From: Promethearchaeota archaeon
GTDB taxonomy: Archaea; Asgardarchaeota; Lokiarchaeia; Sigyniarchaeales; SOKP01
Assembly: GCA_030603385.1 (NCBI GenBank)
Contig: JAUVXW010000025.1
Location: 1-63,884, forward strand
Direction of reading: 5' to 3'
DNA: 63,884 bases
Part shown: positions 30,801 through 40,467 of the stretch, piece by piece
How positions within the stretch are numbered: position 1 is the first letter of the stretch
Layout of the letters: the number at the start of each line of letters is the position of its first letter
Notes under the pieces: model-generated
Databases searched by the model: none
What the model was told of the DNA's origin: nothing
The model's input: only the letters and a program-made list of their open reading frames with translations
Made by a program: the position numbers and the translations under genes

Positions 30801-33056
30801 ATGTCATTAAAAGAATTCACTAAAGAAGTATTTACTCGATATGGATTCAGCGAAGAGCATATAAATACATATTTAGCATACTTAAGAGTTCCACGTGCTA
30901 CAATATCAGAAGTATTCATGACATTAGCTGTAGAAAATGAGGAATTGAAATATGAAACTGTTGGGGAGATTACTGATTGGTTGGTAGAAAAGAATTTTTT
31001 AAAAAGAATTGAAGGAATAGTACCAAGATTTATTCCCTTAGAACCTTTTTTTGAATTATTCATTAATGAATCAGAACTCTTTAGAAATGAAATTGCCAAA
31101 ATCAAAGATACGATCTTAGCCGACCAAGCTAATCGCTTTGAGAAACTGGAAGGTATTCAGAACAAGAGTATAGGAGAAGTAGAACACGCTGTTGATTCTC
31201 AGATTAAGAGTTTTTTTGAAGATTCTGATTCTAAAAACTCTACTAAAAGAAATGCAATAGACAAAGCAACAAATCGTTTTACTGAAACAAGCAAAGTTCT
31301 TGAAAGTAATATTCACTCAATAATGGATACTTTAAACTCAAATTTACAAAATATCTCAACCACTCACATTAGTAAGTACGAAACTGAAATAAATGGTACT
31401 AAAGAAGATTTAACTACGTTAATCGCAAATCTATTAAATGATTTTTCGACGAGAGTTGAGAATTTAGATAAAGAATTAAAGATGGAGCTAGATGAACACG
31501 TAGAAAGACATAAAACTACTGCTAATCAGCTTAAACCAAGAATGGAACAAATATTGGAAAAATACCTTGAACGTATGGATAAAGTGGTTGCTGATTTAAA
31601 AGAAAGGATTTCGAATATATTAAAAGAACATACTAATCATCTAAAAAATACGACTGATACACTTCAAACCAGCTTAAAAGCAACTGTTGATGATAGACAT
31701 CGAACATTAACTGATCAAACAAATGACTTTAAGAGCATGACTCTGACTTTAATTGATAATTTACTCGAACATGCAAACAGATTCACTGATTTTTCTGAAG
31801 ATATGGGTAAAAAAGGCTTTTTCTGGATGGGAAAGAAGAAAAAATATAAAGCGCGACATGAAACTACTATTCAAAATATCTTGAAATTTACAAAACCTAT
31901 GAAAGAGGATTTTTCTAAAACAAGTGATGATTACATTGCTAATACACGAACCACTACAGACCAGATTAAATCTGATGTAACAGATATCATGATAAATGAA
32001 AATAATGGTTTAGCTACAGAAACTAATGATCTTGATTTTAAAACTCAGGAAACTATAGATGCCCAATTAGAAAATTTAGCAACTGATTTAGCTGGTGAAG
32101 TGGATGATACATTACAAAACGGTGTAAAAGATTGTTCCGATACTAATATAAAATTAAAGGATTCTTTAGAAAATTCGTTAAAACAACATCATAGACAATA
32201 TGATGATGCAATTAATATCCATAGAGACAATAGCTTACGAAATTATACAAATTTTGACTCTGAAGTTAAAAGCATCAAGGAAAACTGGACGGGAGAAGTA
32301 GATACCAAATTTTCTGAAGGAAAGCGTGATGGTTCAGATAAAATTGACAGTGAAATCAGATTATGGGATGCTGAAGCGAAAGATATGGATAACAACTTAA
32401 CTAACATGCTTGCGGATCATAAAACAAAATATGAACAAAATGCTAAGACTCTTCAAAATAGTCTGTCCAATACTACTCGAGATACCATTCAGAACGTTAA
32501 AGATGCAATTGCTGATTTTACACTACAATTCATGAATTCCATCGACGATGCTACTGAACTTGGTGAAAATAATGAAGATAAATTGAAGGATATTCATAAT
32601 GCTTCGAGCTCAATTCCAGAAATATTAAAGGTCACTACATGGCAAGTAGTTGGAAGAGATGCTATGATAGCCGCAATGAAAGATGCAATATATAGAGTTA
32701 AATCTTCAATTATCATTGTGACTCCAGTTGTAGTCCCTGAAATCCTTCAAGTAGTTTCTGAATATGCTTTTCAAAAGAAGGCAGTTCGATTCATGCTAAC
32801 CAGCCACTGGGACCTTCAAAAGTATAGCGGGATAATAAATAAGATGAAACAGCTTGGAAACATACAATTTCGGCAAATGCAAACTCCAGCAGATTTTTAT
32901 GCCTTAACTCGTGATGCTGAAGAGGTTATATTATGTCCACATTCGGATAAAGAATCAGAAATGATAGCAGTTGTATCTAATCAAACTGCTTACAGTATTT
33001 TATACTCTCAATTCATAGGTCCTATCTTCCAGGCGAATTCACGCCCGATCAAGTAG
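30801..33056 (+). CDS. TrmB-like protein: N-terminal HTH, long coiled coil, C-terminal TrmB/PLD-like domain
   Basis: YGFSE....TYLAYL..RF.PLEP N-terminus; about 500 aa helical repeat region; TWQVVGR..SSIII..RDAEEVIL C-terminus. Confidence 0.65.
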   Translation: MSLKEFTKEVFTRYGFSEEHINTYLAYLRVPRATISEVFMTLAVENEELKYETVGEITDWLVEKNFLKRIEGIVPRFIPLEPFFELFINESELFRNEIAKIKDTILADQANRFEKLEGIQNKSIGEVEHAVDSQIKSFFEDSDSKNSTKRNAIDKATNRFTETSKVLESNIHSIMDTLNSNLQNISTTHISKYETEINGTKEDLTTLIANLLNDFSTRVENLDKELKMELDEHVERHKTTANQLKPRMEQILEKYLERMDKVVADLKERISNILKEHTNHLKNTTDTLQTSLKATVDDRHRTLTDQTNDFKSMTLTLIDNLLEHANRFTDFSEDMGKKGFFWMGKKKKYKARHETTIQNILKFTKPMKEDFSKTSDDYIANTRTTTDQIKSDVTDIMINENNGLATETNDLDFKTQETIDAQLENLATDLAGEVDDTLQNGVKDCSDTNIKLKDSLENSLKQHHRQYDDAINIHRDNSLRNYTNFDSEVKSIKENWTGEVDTKFSEGKRDGSDKIDSEIRLWDAEAKDMDNNLTNMLADHKTKYEQNAKTLQNSLSNTTRDTIQNVKDAIADFTLQFMNSIDDATELGENNEDKLKDIHNASSSIPEILKVTTWQVVGRDAMIAAMKDAIYRVKSSIIIVTPVVVPEILQVVSEYAFQKKAVRFMLTSHWDLQKYSGIINKMKQLGNIQFRQMQTPADFYALTRDAEEVILCPHSDKESEMIAVVSNQTAYSILYSQFIGPIFQANSRPIK

Positions 33057-33322
33057 GTTTCGGCAGAGGAGACTAACAGAAAACAAGAATCCAGAGAAAG
33101 TCGACTAGATTATGGTGAATACGTAAAAAGCTAAACCCAAAGCGTTTTTAAAAAAATCAATATTTTTATATTCTTATTTTTTAAATCCTGAATCGTTCAT
33201 AAAATAAAAAAGATTTATTAATTTTTACCTATTTTATTTCTCTCTTTTTAATGCTAAAAGATATTAAATAATAAAAAAAAATAGAATTGGTTATAGAAAT
33301 AATTTTAAAAATATCCTTGTGT

Positions 33323-33556
33323 TTACAAGGCCTTTAAGCCGGCGTCAATTTGCTCAAGTTGCTCCTTAGTAAATTGTCCAGGGGACATCTGTTCAGCATA
33401 TTCCTGAATTTGGCGCAGTGAAAAGCCCATAGCCATTTGAGCTTGAGGACTTTCAATCATCGCTGCCATTCCTGGAAGTCCTTTTAGAAATTTTTCAGAA
33501 ACTGGATCTTCTAGAAGCTCACCTAGTGTCATTTCAACTGAATATTTATCTGGCAT
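33323..33556 (-). CDS. Small hypothetical protein, tandem paralog 2
   Basis: Starts MPDKYSVEMTLG after an AAGGAG SD; near-copy of the neighbouring gene. Confidence 0.8.
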   Translation of the reverse strand: MPDKYSVEMTLGELLEDPVSEKFLKGLPGMAAMIESPQAQMAMGFSLRQIQEYAEQMSPGQFTKEQLEQIDAGLKAL

Positions 33557-33577
33557 TTTTAACAATCTCCTTTTTTA

Positions 33578-33805
33578 TTACAATGCTTTTAATGCAACAT
33601 CAAGCTGTTCAAGTTGCTCCTTTGTAAATTGTCCAGGAGCCATCTGTTCAGAATATTCTTGAATCTGGCGTAAACTAAAGCCCATAGCCATTTGAGCTTG
33701 AGGACTCTCGACGAGTTCTTTTAGATTTTCTCTGAGGAATTTTTCAGAAACTGGATCTTCTAAAAGATCACCTAGTGTCATCTCAACTGAATATTTATCT
33801 GGCAT
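33578..33805 (-). CDS. Small hypothetical protein, tandem paralog 1
   Basis: Identical leader AAAAAAGGAGATTGTTAAAA-ATG; shared ESPQAQMAMGFSLRQIQEY. Confidence 0.8.
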   Translation of the reverse strand: MPDKYSVEMTLGDLLEDPVSEKFLRENLKELVESPQAQMAMGFSLRQIQEYSEQMAPGQFTKEQLEQLDVALKAL

Positions 33806-34039
33806 TTTTAACAATCTCCTTTTTTTCAATAATATTAAAGTAAGACTTTAATGGTTGTATTTAATTTGTTAATAGATATAAATTTTTTTCAAAAATTTTG
33901 TCAAAAAAGTAGGATGTATTATTTTTTTAATTCAAAATTGTTAAGTTAACTTCATTTTCGGATTTGTATTAAATATTTAGACAATGTGAGACTATTTTCA
34001 TTTATTATAATCTAGACTAAACATCTTGAATGGAAAAAA

Positions 34040-35290
34040 ATGAAAAATATTTCTAATAAAAGAGTCGAATTAATGGCACCCTTAAAGAATTATAAATCTT
34101 TGAGTGCAGTATTAGGCAAAGCTGATGCTGTATATTTTGGTGTTGAGTCTTTTAACATGAGAATGTATAGCGATAACTTTAGATTAGATGACTTAAATAA
34201 TATTGTAAAAACTTGTCATAATAATAATATCTATACATATCTAACTACAAATATAGTAATCTATGAAAATGAATTCCCTCTTTTAGATAAGGTATTAGAT
34301 AAAGCTGTGGAGGCAGAAATAGATGCTGTAATTATCCATGATATTGGTGCTATTCATTTAGCGAAAGAAAAAGGATTAAATTTTCATATTTCTACGCAAG
34401 CAAATATTTCTAATTCTCAAACAGCACTATTCTATGAATCATTAGGAGCCCAAAGATTAATTCTTGCTCGAGAATTATTATTAGAGCAAATTAGAGAAAT
34501 TAAAAACAAAGTAAATAGAGCAGAGATCGAATGCTTCGTTCATGGTGCTCAATGCACTTCAATATCAGGACGATGTTATTTTTCTGCCGAGATTTGTCAA
34601 TCTCAAGATTATTCAGCTAATAGAGGAAAATGTATTCAACCATGCAGAAGAAAATGGAAAGTTTATGACGAACAGGATAATGAATTCATATATGACGGAG
34701 TTTTCTTTATTAACGCGAAAGATCTCTGTATGATTGAACATATTCCAAAATTAATTGAAGCTCAAATAGATGCTTTTAAAATTGAAGGTCGAATGAGAGA
34801 TCCAATCTATATTGAAGAGACGACTTCTTGCTATAGAGAAGCTATTGACGCTTATTATGATAATACTTTTTCTCAGGAGAAGGTTAAAGATTGGCTAAAT
34901 CGCTTGAATAAAGTATATAATCGAGGATTTTCCACAGGATTTTATTTTGGATTACCCAAAGGCAGTGAAATCCAGAGAGATTTTGATGGGAACATCTCAA
35001 ACTATAGAAAAATTGAGATTGGGAAGGTCTTAAATTACTTCCCAGAAAAAAAAGCAGCAAAAATTCTATTAACATCAGGTAAATTAAAGTTAAAGGATGA
35101 AATCTTTATCATAGGAACTCATACTGACACATACTTAAAACAAGAAGTTAAATCAATTCAAATTAAACAGAAGCAAAATTTAACTGAAACTCCTTCAGTC
35201 TTATCTAAGAAGGAAAGGATCACTATTGGACTCACAGTTGATAAACCAGTAAAAACAAATGATAAAATTTTCAAATTAGAGCAACTATAA
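34040..35290 (+). CDS. U32 peptidase family protein (RNA hydroxylation-related family)
   Basis: ELMAP, ADAVYFG, HISTQAN, FVHGAQC..SGRC, NRG.C.QPCR, KIEGRMR. Confidence 0.9.
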   Translation: MKNISNKRVELMAPLKNYKSLSAVLGKADAVYFGVESFNMRMYSDNFRLDDLNNIVKTCHNNNIYTYLTTNIVIYENEFPLLDKVLDKAVEAEIDAVIIHDIGAIHLAKEKGLNFHISTQANISNSQTALFYESLGAQRLILARELLLEQIREIKNKVNRAEIECFVHGAQCTSISGRCYFSAEICQSQDYSANRGKCIQPCRRKWKVYDEQDNEFIYDGVFFINAKDLCMIEHIPKLIEAQIDAFKIEGRMRDPIYIEETTSCYREAIDAYYDNTFSQEKVKDWLNRLNKVYNRGFSTGFYFGLPKGSEIQRDFDGNISNYRKIEIGKVLNYFPEKKAAKILLTSGKLKLKDEIFIIGTHTDTYLKQEVKSIQIKQKQNLTETPSVLSKKERITIGLTVDKPVKTNDKIFKLEQL

Positions 35291-35860
35291 GATCTCATTT
35301 TCCTTGTCTTTTCGAAAAAGTTGGATAATTGAAATCGTGGTCAGCAATTTTGAGAAATCTGAAGATTCGGGGTCATCAATCTTTTTGTTCCAGCCAAAAA
35401 GCATTTTTGCTGATCTACTATGCTTTACAACATACCATCTTATAATTTTTAGTTTATCATTTTCATTCGACATAAAGTCTACTCTTGCAGGAAAAGAGTG
35501 AAAGCCATGTTTTACCCAAACTGAAGCTGGATTTGCTCGTATGTTTTTTAACCACCCTGAATCTTCTCCTCTTCCTGAAAAAATTGTCATAATACCTTCG
35601 ATCCAATGATATTCTAATGGTGTCATCCGTTTTTTTCCTGTTTTTCTGCCTATTGTTGTTAAAATGAGAAAAATTCTCCCAAATCCTAGAAGAGGTAAAA
35701 TTCTTAATCTATATAAAGGAATAACAAGGTATTTGTTTAATCTTTTATATTTATTTAGTGTTTTTTTTCTAATGTTGTCATTTGGATGATTCATATTATA
35801 AAGCGCTGAACCGGATCTCGGTAAAATTTCTTTATCACTTTTTTTTTCCATTTTAATCAT
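35285..35860 (-). CDS. Deazaflavin (F420)-dependent nitroreductase family protein
   Basis: LTTIGRKTGKKR.TPL and W.KNI.ANP motifs. Confidence 0.85.
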   Translation of the reverse strand: MIKMEKKSDKEILPRSGSALYNMNHPNDNIRKKTLNKYKRLNKYLVIPLYRLRILPLLGFGRIFLILTTIGRKTGKKRMTPLEYHWIEGIMTIFSGRGEDSGWLKNIRANPASVWVKHGFHSFPARVDFMSNENDKLKIIRWYVVKHSRSAKMLFGWNKKIDDPESSDFSKLLTTISIIQLFRKDKENEIL

Positions 35861-35999
35861 AATTTAATTTCTATTATATCAGTTTACTGCGCATCCATAT
35901 ACCAAAGTATATATAAACTTTTATTTATGTTAGAATTTAGTTAAGTAAAGATAAAGTGAGATCTAAAAAAAGATTATTTCATGTAGCTTTTTTAACTTC

Positions 36000-37295
36000 C
36001 TAATCCCATTTAGGGCCTCCACTTTTTTCGACTGTGTCATCGTCGTCTTCAGAGTGGATTCGTTTTAAGTCAATATCTTGATAACCAGGGAGAACAGTAA
36101 GCATTCTTCTCATAGCAAATTCAACGTCTTTAGCAGAAGCGACGAACCTGCCTACTATTAATATATCGGCTCCTTGATCTAATGCATATGCCGCAGAACT
36201 TGGCTCAATACCACCTGCAACAGCAACTAATACTCGATCTCTACCTGAAGCTTTCTTTTGACTTGCATACAATTCTTTGATTTTTGGAGCTAAACCCCAT
36301 CTTTGTCTTTGTTGGGCATCGGGAGATTTATCCCCTGCTGCAGATTGCTCTACATCGATTCCTCTATGTATTATGACGACATCAGGTGTTTCTTTTAAGG
36401 AACTTAACTTCTCAATAGGATTTTGAACTTCCATAGTATCAACAAAGGCGTGAATACCAAGTCGTTGTGCCTCTAATATGAATTTATCAAGTGAAGCAGT
36501 AGCAGCTAAACCACTTGCTACGACACCATCGGCGGTTGCATCAAAGGCAAAATCAACTTCTAATTTTCCAACATCTAATGTTTTTAGATCGGCTACAATA
36601 AATTTCTCTTTTGCAACTTCTCGAATTTGTTTAATTGATTCAACACCATACTTTTTTAGAAAAGGCGTTCCAACTTCTAATATAATTCGGTCGCTCTTTG
36701 GTAGTTGTTTAACAACTTTTACTTGCTTTTCCAAGTTGGGATTGTCCAATGCTACTTGAATATAAGGGGGTCTCCATAATCTAGGAACCCTTATCCCAGC
36801 AACAGGGTGTTTTGCTCGATCCTTATCATAGAAGATCTTTTCAATTGGAGGATATCCTTTTAAAGCCCTTTGAATTGCTAATTTTGTAGCTCCGTAATTA
36901 TATTGGTAAATTTTTCGATAATCCTTGGCTTCAGGATGTATAAAAACACTAGCAATTATCAGCCACTCTTCTAATTTATTCATAGGAATTAAGCCTTCTT
37001 CGACAGCATCGGCAATTCCTTTCGCTACTGCTGCCTGAGCAGGCCCAAAAATCTTATTAGCATCTGCCATATCTGAAACTGTGACTTTAGGTACTATAAG
37101 ACTCACTGGTTTAGATAAGAGATTAGGTCTGATGGTTCCGAGCAATCCACCATGGCCCTTTGAAGGTGTACTTAACGCATTTGCAAATGAGATTCCTACA
37201 GGCCCATCTTTAGAACCGATTATTAAATCTATATGAGCTAGGTTTGGAGATTCCCCGATCAAGGCTTCTCCGATAAAGTAATCAGGTTTTGGCAT
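36000..37295 (-). CDS. fae-hps: Bifunctional formaldehyde-activating enzyme / 3-hexulose-6-phosphate synthase
   Basis: GEAL..AHIDL, FGPAQAAVA, YNYGATK; IQVALD, EVGTP, ADLKTLD, HRGID, VAGG. Confidence 0.93.
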   Translation of the reverse strand: MPKPDYFIGEALIGESPNLAHIDLIIGSKDGPVGISFANALSTPSKGHGGLLGTIRPNLLSKPVSLIVPKVTVSDMADANKIFGPAQAAVAKGIADAVEEGLIPMNKLEEWLIIASVFIHPEAKDYRKIYQYNYGATKLAIQRALKGYPPIEKIFYDKDRAKHPVAGIRVPRLWRPPYIQVALDNPNLEKQVKVVKQLPKSDRIILEVGTPFLKKYGVESIKQIREVAKEKFIVADLKTLDVGKLEVDFAFDATADGVVASGLAATASLDKFILEAQRLGIHAFVDTMEVQNPIEKLSSLKETPDVVIIHRGIDVEQSAAGDKSPDAQQRQRWGLAPKIKELYASQKKASGRDRVLVAVAGGIEPSSAAYALDQGADILIVGRFVASAKDVEFAMRRMLTVLPGYQDIDLKRIHSEDDDDTVEKSGGPKWD

Positions 37296-37396
37296 ACAAT
37301 TTTCCTTTTATAATTATTTAAACTATCTTTTTATAATTTTGTGGAAATTAAATATTTATAATAGTGTATTTTTGAGATAACACTACAACTAACTAG

Positions 37397-37426
37397 AGTT
37401 AATCTTCTATTAATAAAATTATTGAT
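37397..37426 (+). repeat. 30-bp direct repeat, copy 1
   Basis: AGTTAATCTTCTATTAATAAAATTATTGAT, identical to 38415-38444. Confidence 0.9.
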
Positions 37427-37496
37427 CAACTTTCTTAAATGACCTCGTTATATCCATAAATTTAAATTGATGGCTTTATTTGTTTAACTTTAGGAG

Positions 37497-38420
37497 ATGA
37501 GAATCGAGCAAATTATTAAACTCGTAACAGAAGCGGCGGAAGGGAAAGATAACTTTAAAGAGGGAGCCGTAGGCACGAATAATTACGGTTTTGTGTTTAA
37601 AGATCTAAATTCCAACATTCCTTATGTTACCGACACTTATAGTCATAAATACTTTGAAGCAGGTTCTATGCGTGATGTATTGAAAATCTGGAAGAAGGTT
37701 AAAAGCTTTGAAGAACTAAAGGATCTTTCAAACTTCGATGAGAAAAATGATCTGTTACTTGTCGGTTCTCTGAAAACACTCGTTCCAACCCTTCAATTCG
37801 GGGGATTTAATATGTTTAGGATCTGGATGTTTGTGAAAACCCCAAAAGAACGTATGTTTCCTGCCACTTTCTATTGGGGTTCATCGGGGGTCTCTATTGG
37901 AGGATGGGCTTCATATGGTATCACTCCTTTCGCAAAAGAGATAATTTTTCCAGAAGATTTTTTGGAAATTGTAAATTTCACCCCCTTTAATTTTACCGAT
38001 AACGAGAGAGGTTGCTTTCTTGATGCTCTGGAGTTTGCTCTAAAGAAGGTTCCTGTTTCTGATTTCTGGGGAGTGTTTAACCGTGATATAGGAAATTCTT
38101 ATATGGGAATAAGGAGAGGGGAATCTTTTAATAAACTAATGCAGCATTTTGAGAGAGATCCAGAAGCTGAAAGAGAGGTCGAGGCTCTATTTGGAAGAAA
38201 ATTTAAGGATGGATATAACCAATCATTTATTATTAATTTGCTGCCTGGAATGAGAATATATGTTGTACAATTTGAATATGATATTGAACAAGATGATGTA
38301 ATTTTTGGGAATGCTAAAAAAATATTAGAATTTTGGAAATCCCAAAAAAAGACTTCTATTGCAGATAAAATCCATGAAAAACAAAAAATGTTTGCGAGGA
38401 TTAGGAAAGAAAATAGTTAA
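37497..38420 (+). CDS. Hypothetical protein bracketed by direct repeats
   Basis: 307-aa ORF with no recognised motif. Confidence 0.8.
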   Translation: MRIEQIIKLVTEAAEGKDNFKEGAVGTNNYGFVFKDLNSNIPYVTDTYSHKYFEAGSMRDVLKIWKKVKSFEELKDLSNFDEKNDLLLVGSLKTLVPTLQFGGFNMFRIWMFVKTPKERMFPATFYWGSSGVSIGGWASYGITPFAKEIIFPEDFLEIVNFTPFNFTDNERGCFLDALEFALKKVPVSDFWGVFNRDIGNSYMGIRRGESFNKLMQHFERDPEAEREVEALFGRKFKDGYNQSFIINLLPGMRIYVVQFEYDIEQDDVIFGNAKKILEFWKSQKKTSIADKIHEKQKMFARIRKENS

Positions 38421-38444
38421 TCTTCTATTAATAAAATTATTGAT
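38415..38444 (+). repeat. 30-bp direct repeat, copy 2 (contains the ORF stop codon)
   Basis: Exact match to 37397-37426. Confidence 0.9.
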
Positions 38445-38481
38445 TGAATTATCTCTCAAATAATAAAAAAGAGCTTAAAAT

Positions 38482-39609
38482 TTAACTCTTAATTTCCATA
38501 ATTAATTCGTGTATACGATTAAGACCTGAAGTAAGGTAATCTGGAGGGAGTCCGAAACTAATCCGAAAAAATTTATCCATACCGAAATGGTCTCCTGGTA
38601 CAATGAATACACTCTTTTCCTTACGTAATCGCTCTGCAAATTCAGAGGAGTTGATGTCTAAATGATATCGAACGAAAGCAATTGCGGCTGCTTGTGGGGG
38701 AACAACATTAAAAGTATTTTCATGGTTATCCATCCATTTTTGTAGTATGGGATATCCCTTACTGATGTAATTTCGAGTACGTTGTATGATACGTGGTCGG
38801 ACTTTAGGAGAAAGTGCGATTGTAGCTAGTTTATTTGACAATATCGTAGCACTAATGGTAGTATATTCATGTCGCGCCCAAATTTTATCTACAGTGTCCA
38901 CAGGAGCAACCACCCAACCTATACGCAGCCCAGGTAATCCATAAGCTTTACTCATGCTACCAACTGCTATAACTTTATCATATCGCCCATAAAAAGACGG
39001 AGTTTGTTTATCTGTTAAACGTTCAGCCCCAGTGTAGACTTCATCAGCTAAAATCCATGCCCCAGCTTGCTCTGCTATATCTGTAATTGCGTTCATTTCA
39101 TTCTCGGTAAGAATATAACCTGTAGGATTATTAGGATTACATACGGCGATTAATTTGGTATTTTTTGATACGATTTCATTTAACTCATCTAAATCAGGTG
39201 CCCAACCATTTTCTTCACGTAGATGGAATGTTTTTAATTTGAAATTAAAGTTTTTAGCTATACCCCAAATTTGCATATAATTAGGCAGCATGATAACGAT
39301 TTCATCACCTGTATTAAGTAGTGTGTGAGTAGCATTATAATTAGCTTCAATTGCTCCTGTTGTAACTAATACATTATTCATTGTCGCACCGTCATACAAC
39401 GCGGCAATATTTTCTCTTAATTCAGGGATACCATTAACATATGGATAATTTAGGTCAGTAGAAAGTAGATGATTGATATAATCAGGATCATCTGAAAGTA
39501 ATTCGCTGAGCAAAATTGGATGTGCACCACTTTCAGATAGGTTGAATTCAACTTCTTGTTCATACTTGGACATCCAACGCTCCATAAGAAAGGGTTGAAA
39601 TTGTGGCAT
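38482..39609 (-). CDS. Class I/II PLP-dependent aminotransferase
   Basis: NPNNPTG, DEVY, SMSKAYGLPGLRIGW. Confidence 0.93.
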   Translation of the reverse strand: MPQFQPFLMERWMSKYEQEVEFNLSESGAHPILLSELLSDDPDYINHLLSTDLNYPYVNGIPELRENIAALYDGATMNNVLVTTGAIEANYNATHTLLNTGDEIVIMLPNYMQIWGIAKNFNFKLKTFHLREENGWAPDLDELNEIVSKNTKLIAVCNPNNPTGYILTENEMNAITDIAEQAGAWILADEVYTGAERLTDKQTPSFYGRYDKVIAVGSMSKAYGLPGLRIGWVVAPVDTVDKIWARHEYTTISATILSNKLATIALSPKVRPRIIQRTRNYISKGYPILQKWMDNHENTFNVVPPQAAAIAFVRYHLDINSSEFAERLRKEKSVFIVPGDHFGMDKFFRISFGLPPDYLTSGLNRIHELIMEIKS

Positions 39610-39824
39610 TTTAATATCTTTTTTGTTTTGAAATAATATAAATGAGTATTAGATTTATTTTAATTGGTTCTTTATAAAGAATTTTTAAAAAATCCGTAGG
39701 ATGAGGAAAAACCAGTTTTAAAGTAGTTTTATAATGATATTCGCAAAATTATTTATAGCAAAATTGACATTTATATCAAAGAAACAAATTAAATTTAATT
39801 ATATAATAAGAGTGAAAGTGAACC

Positions 39825-40121
39825 ATGTATACTATTGCTGAGGGAAAATTCCCAAAAAAACCAGGGTACGGTAATATCTTGGAAGTGTGCAGAAAAGATT
39901 TCAGGAATTTTAAAAGAGATAATGAAAATAAAGTTTATAAGCTTTTTAATGAAAATAATCTACGATTTACTGAAATAAGAATGGATCCTTTATCAATTAA
40001 TAACCATAAAGATAATATGGAAAGTATAAGGGAACTTATTAAAGAAGGAAAAGAAGATATTGCATTTTCGTTATTTTTTAGGACTTTTCCAACATGTTTA
40101 CCCCATAGATCAAGGCTTTAA
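39825..40121 (+). CDS. Small hypothetical protein
   Basis: ORF only. Confidence 0.5.
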   Translation: MYTIAEGKFPKKPGYGNILEVCRKDFRNFKRDNENKVYKLFNENNLRFTEIRMDPLSINNHKDNMESIRELIKEGKEDIAFSLFFRTFPTCLPHRSRL

Positions 40122-40456
40122 AATGTCTTTATATTTTCAATTGAATCGATATCCCAGAGATATTTTTTTAAATCAATTTTAAATTCACCTGAAAACTCAA
40201 TACCTTCCATCTCCAAAAGTCTTTTTTGGTGCTGTTTATCTTCGATTGAATTCATAGATAATTTACCATTTGAGCTTATAACACGATGCCATGGCAAATG
40301 ATATTTTTTACTAGAAGAATGAAGAATCCATGATACTTGTCTAGCGGCTCTTGGATTTCCTGCTAATTTAGCTATGAATCCATAGGTTAAAACTTTTCCT
40401 TTAGGGATGTTCTTAATAATATAAACGATATTTTCAGTAAAAAGGCTCGGGATTAT
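40118..40456 (-). CDS. Alkyltransferase-like (ATL; Atl1/YbaZ family) protein, missing from the ORF track
   Basis: IPKGKVLTYG.IAKLAG.PRAARQV..LPWHRVI..L..EG; Trp replaces the catalytic Cys; likely ATA start after an AAGGTG SD. Confidence 0.85.
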   Translation of the reverse strand: MIPSLFTENIVYIIKNIPKGKVLTYGFIAKLAGNPRAARQVSWILHSSSKKYHLPWHRVISSNGKLSMNSIEDKQHQKRLLEMEGIEFSGEFKIDLKKYLWDIDSIENIKTF

Positions 40457-40467
40457 ACTACACCTTT

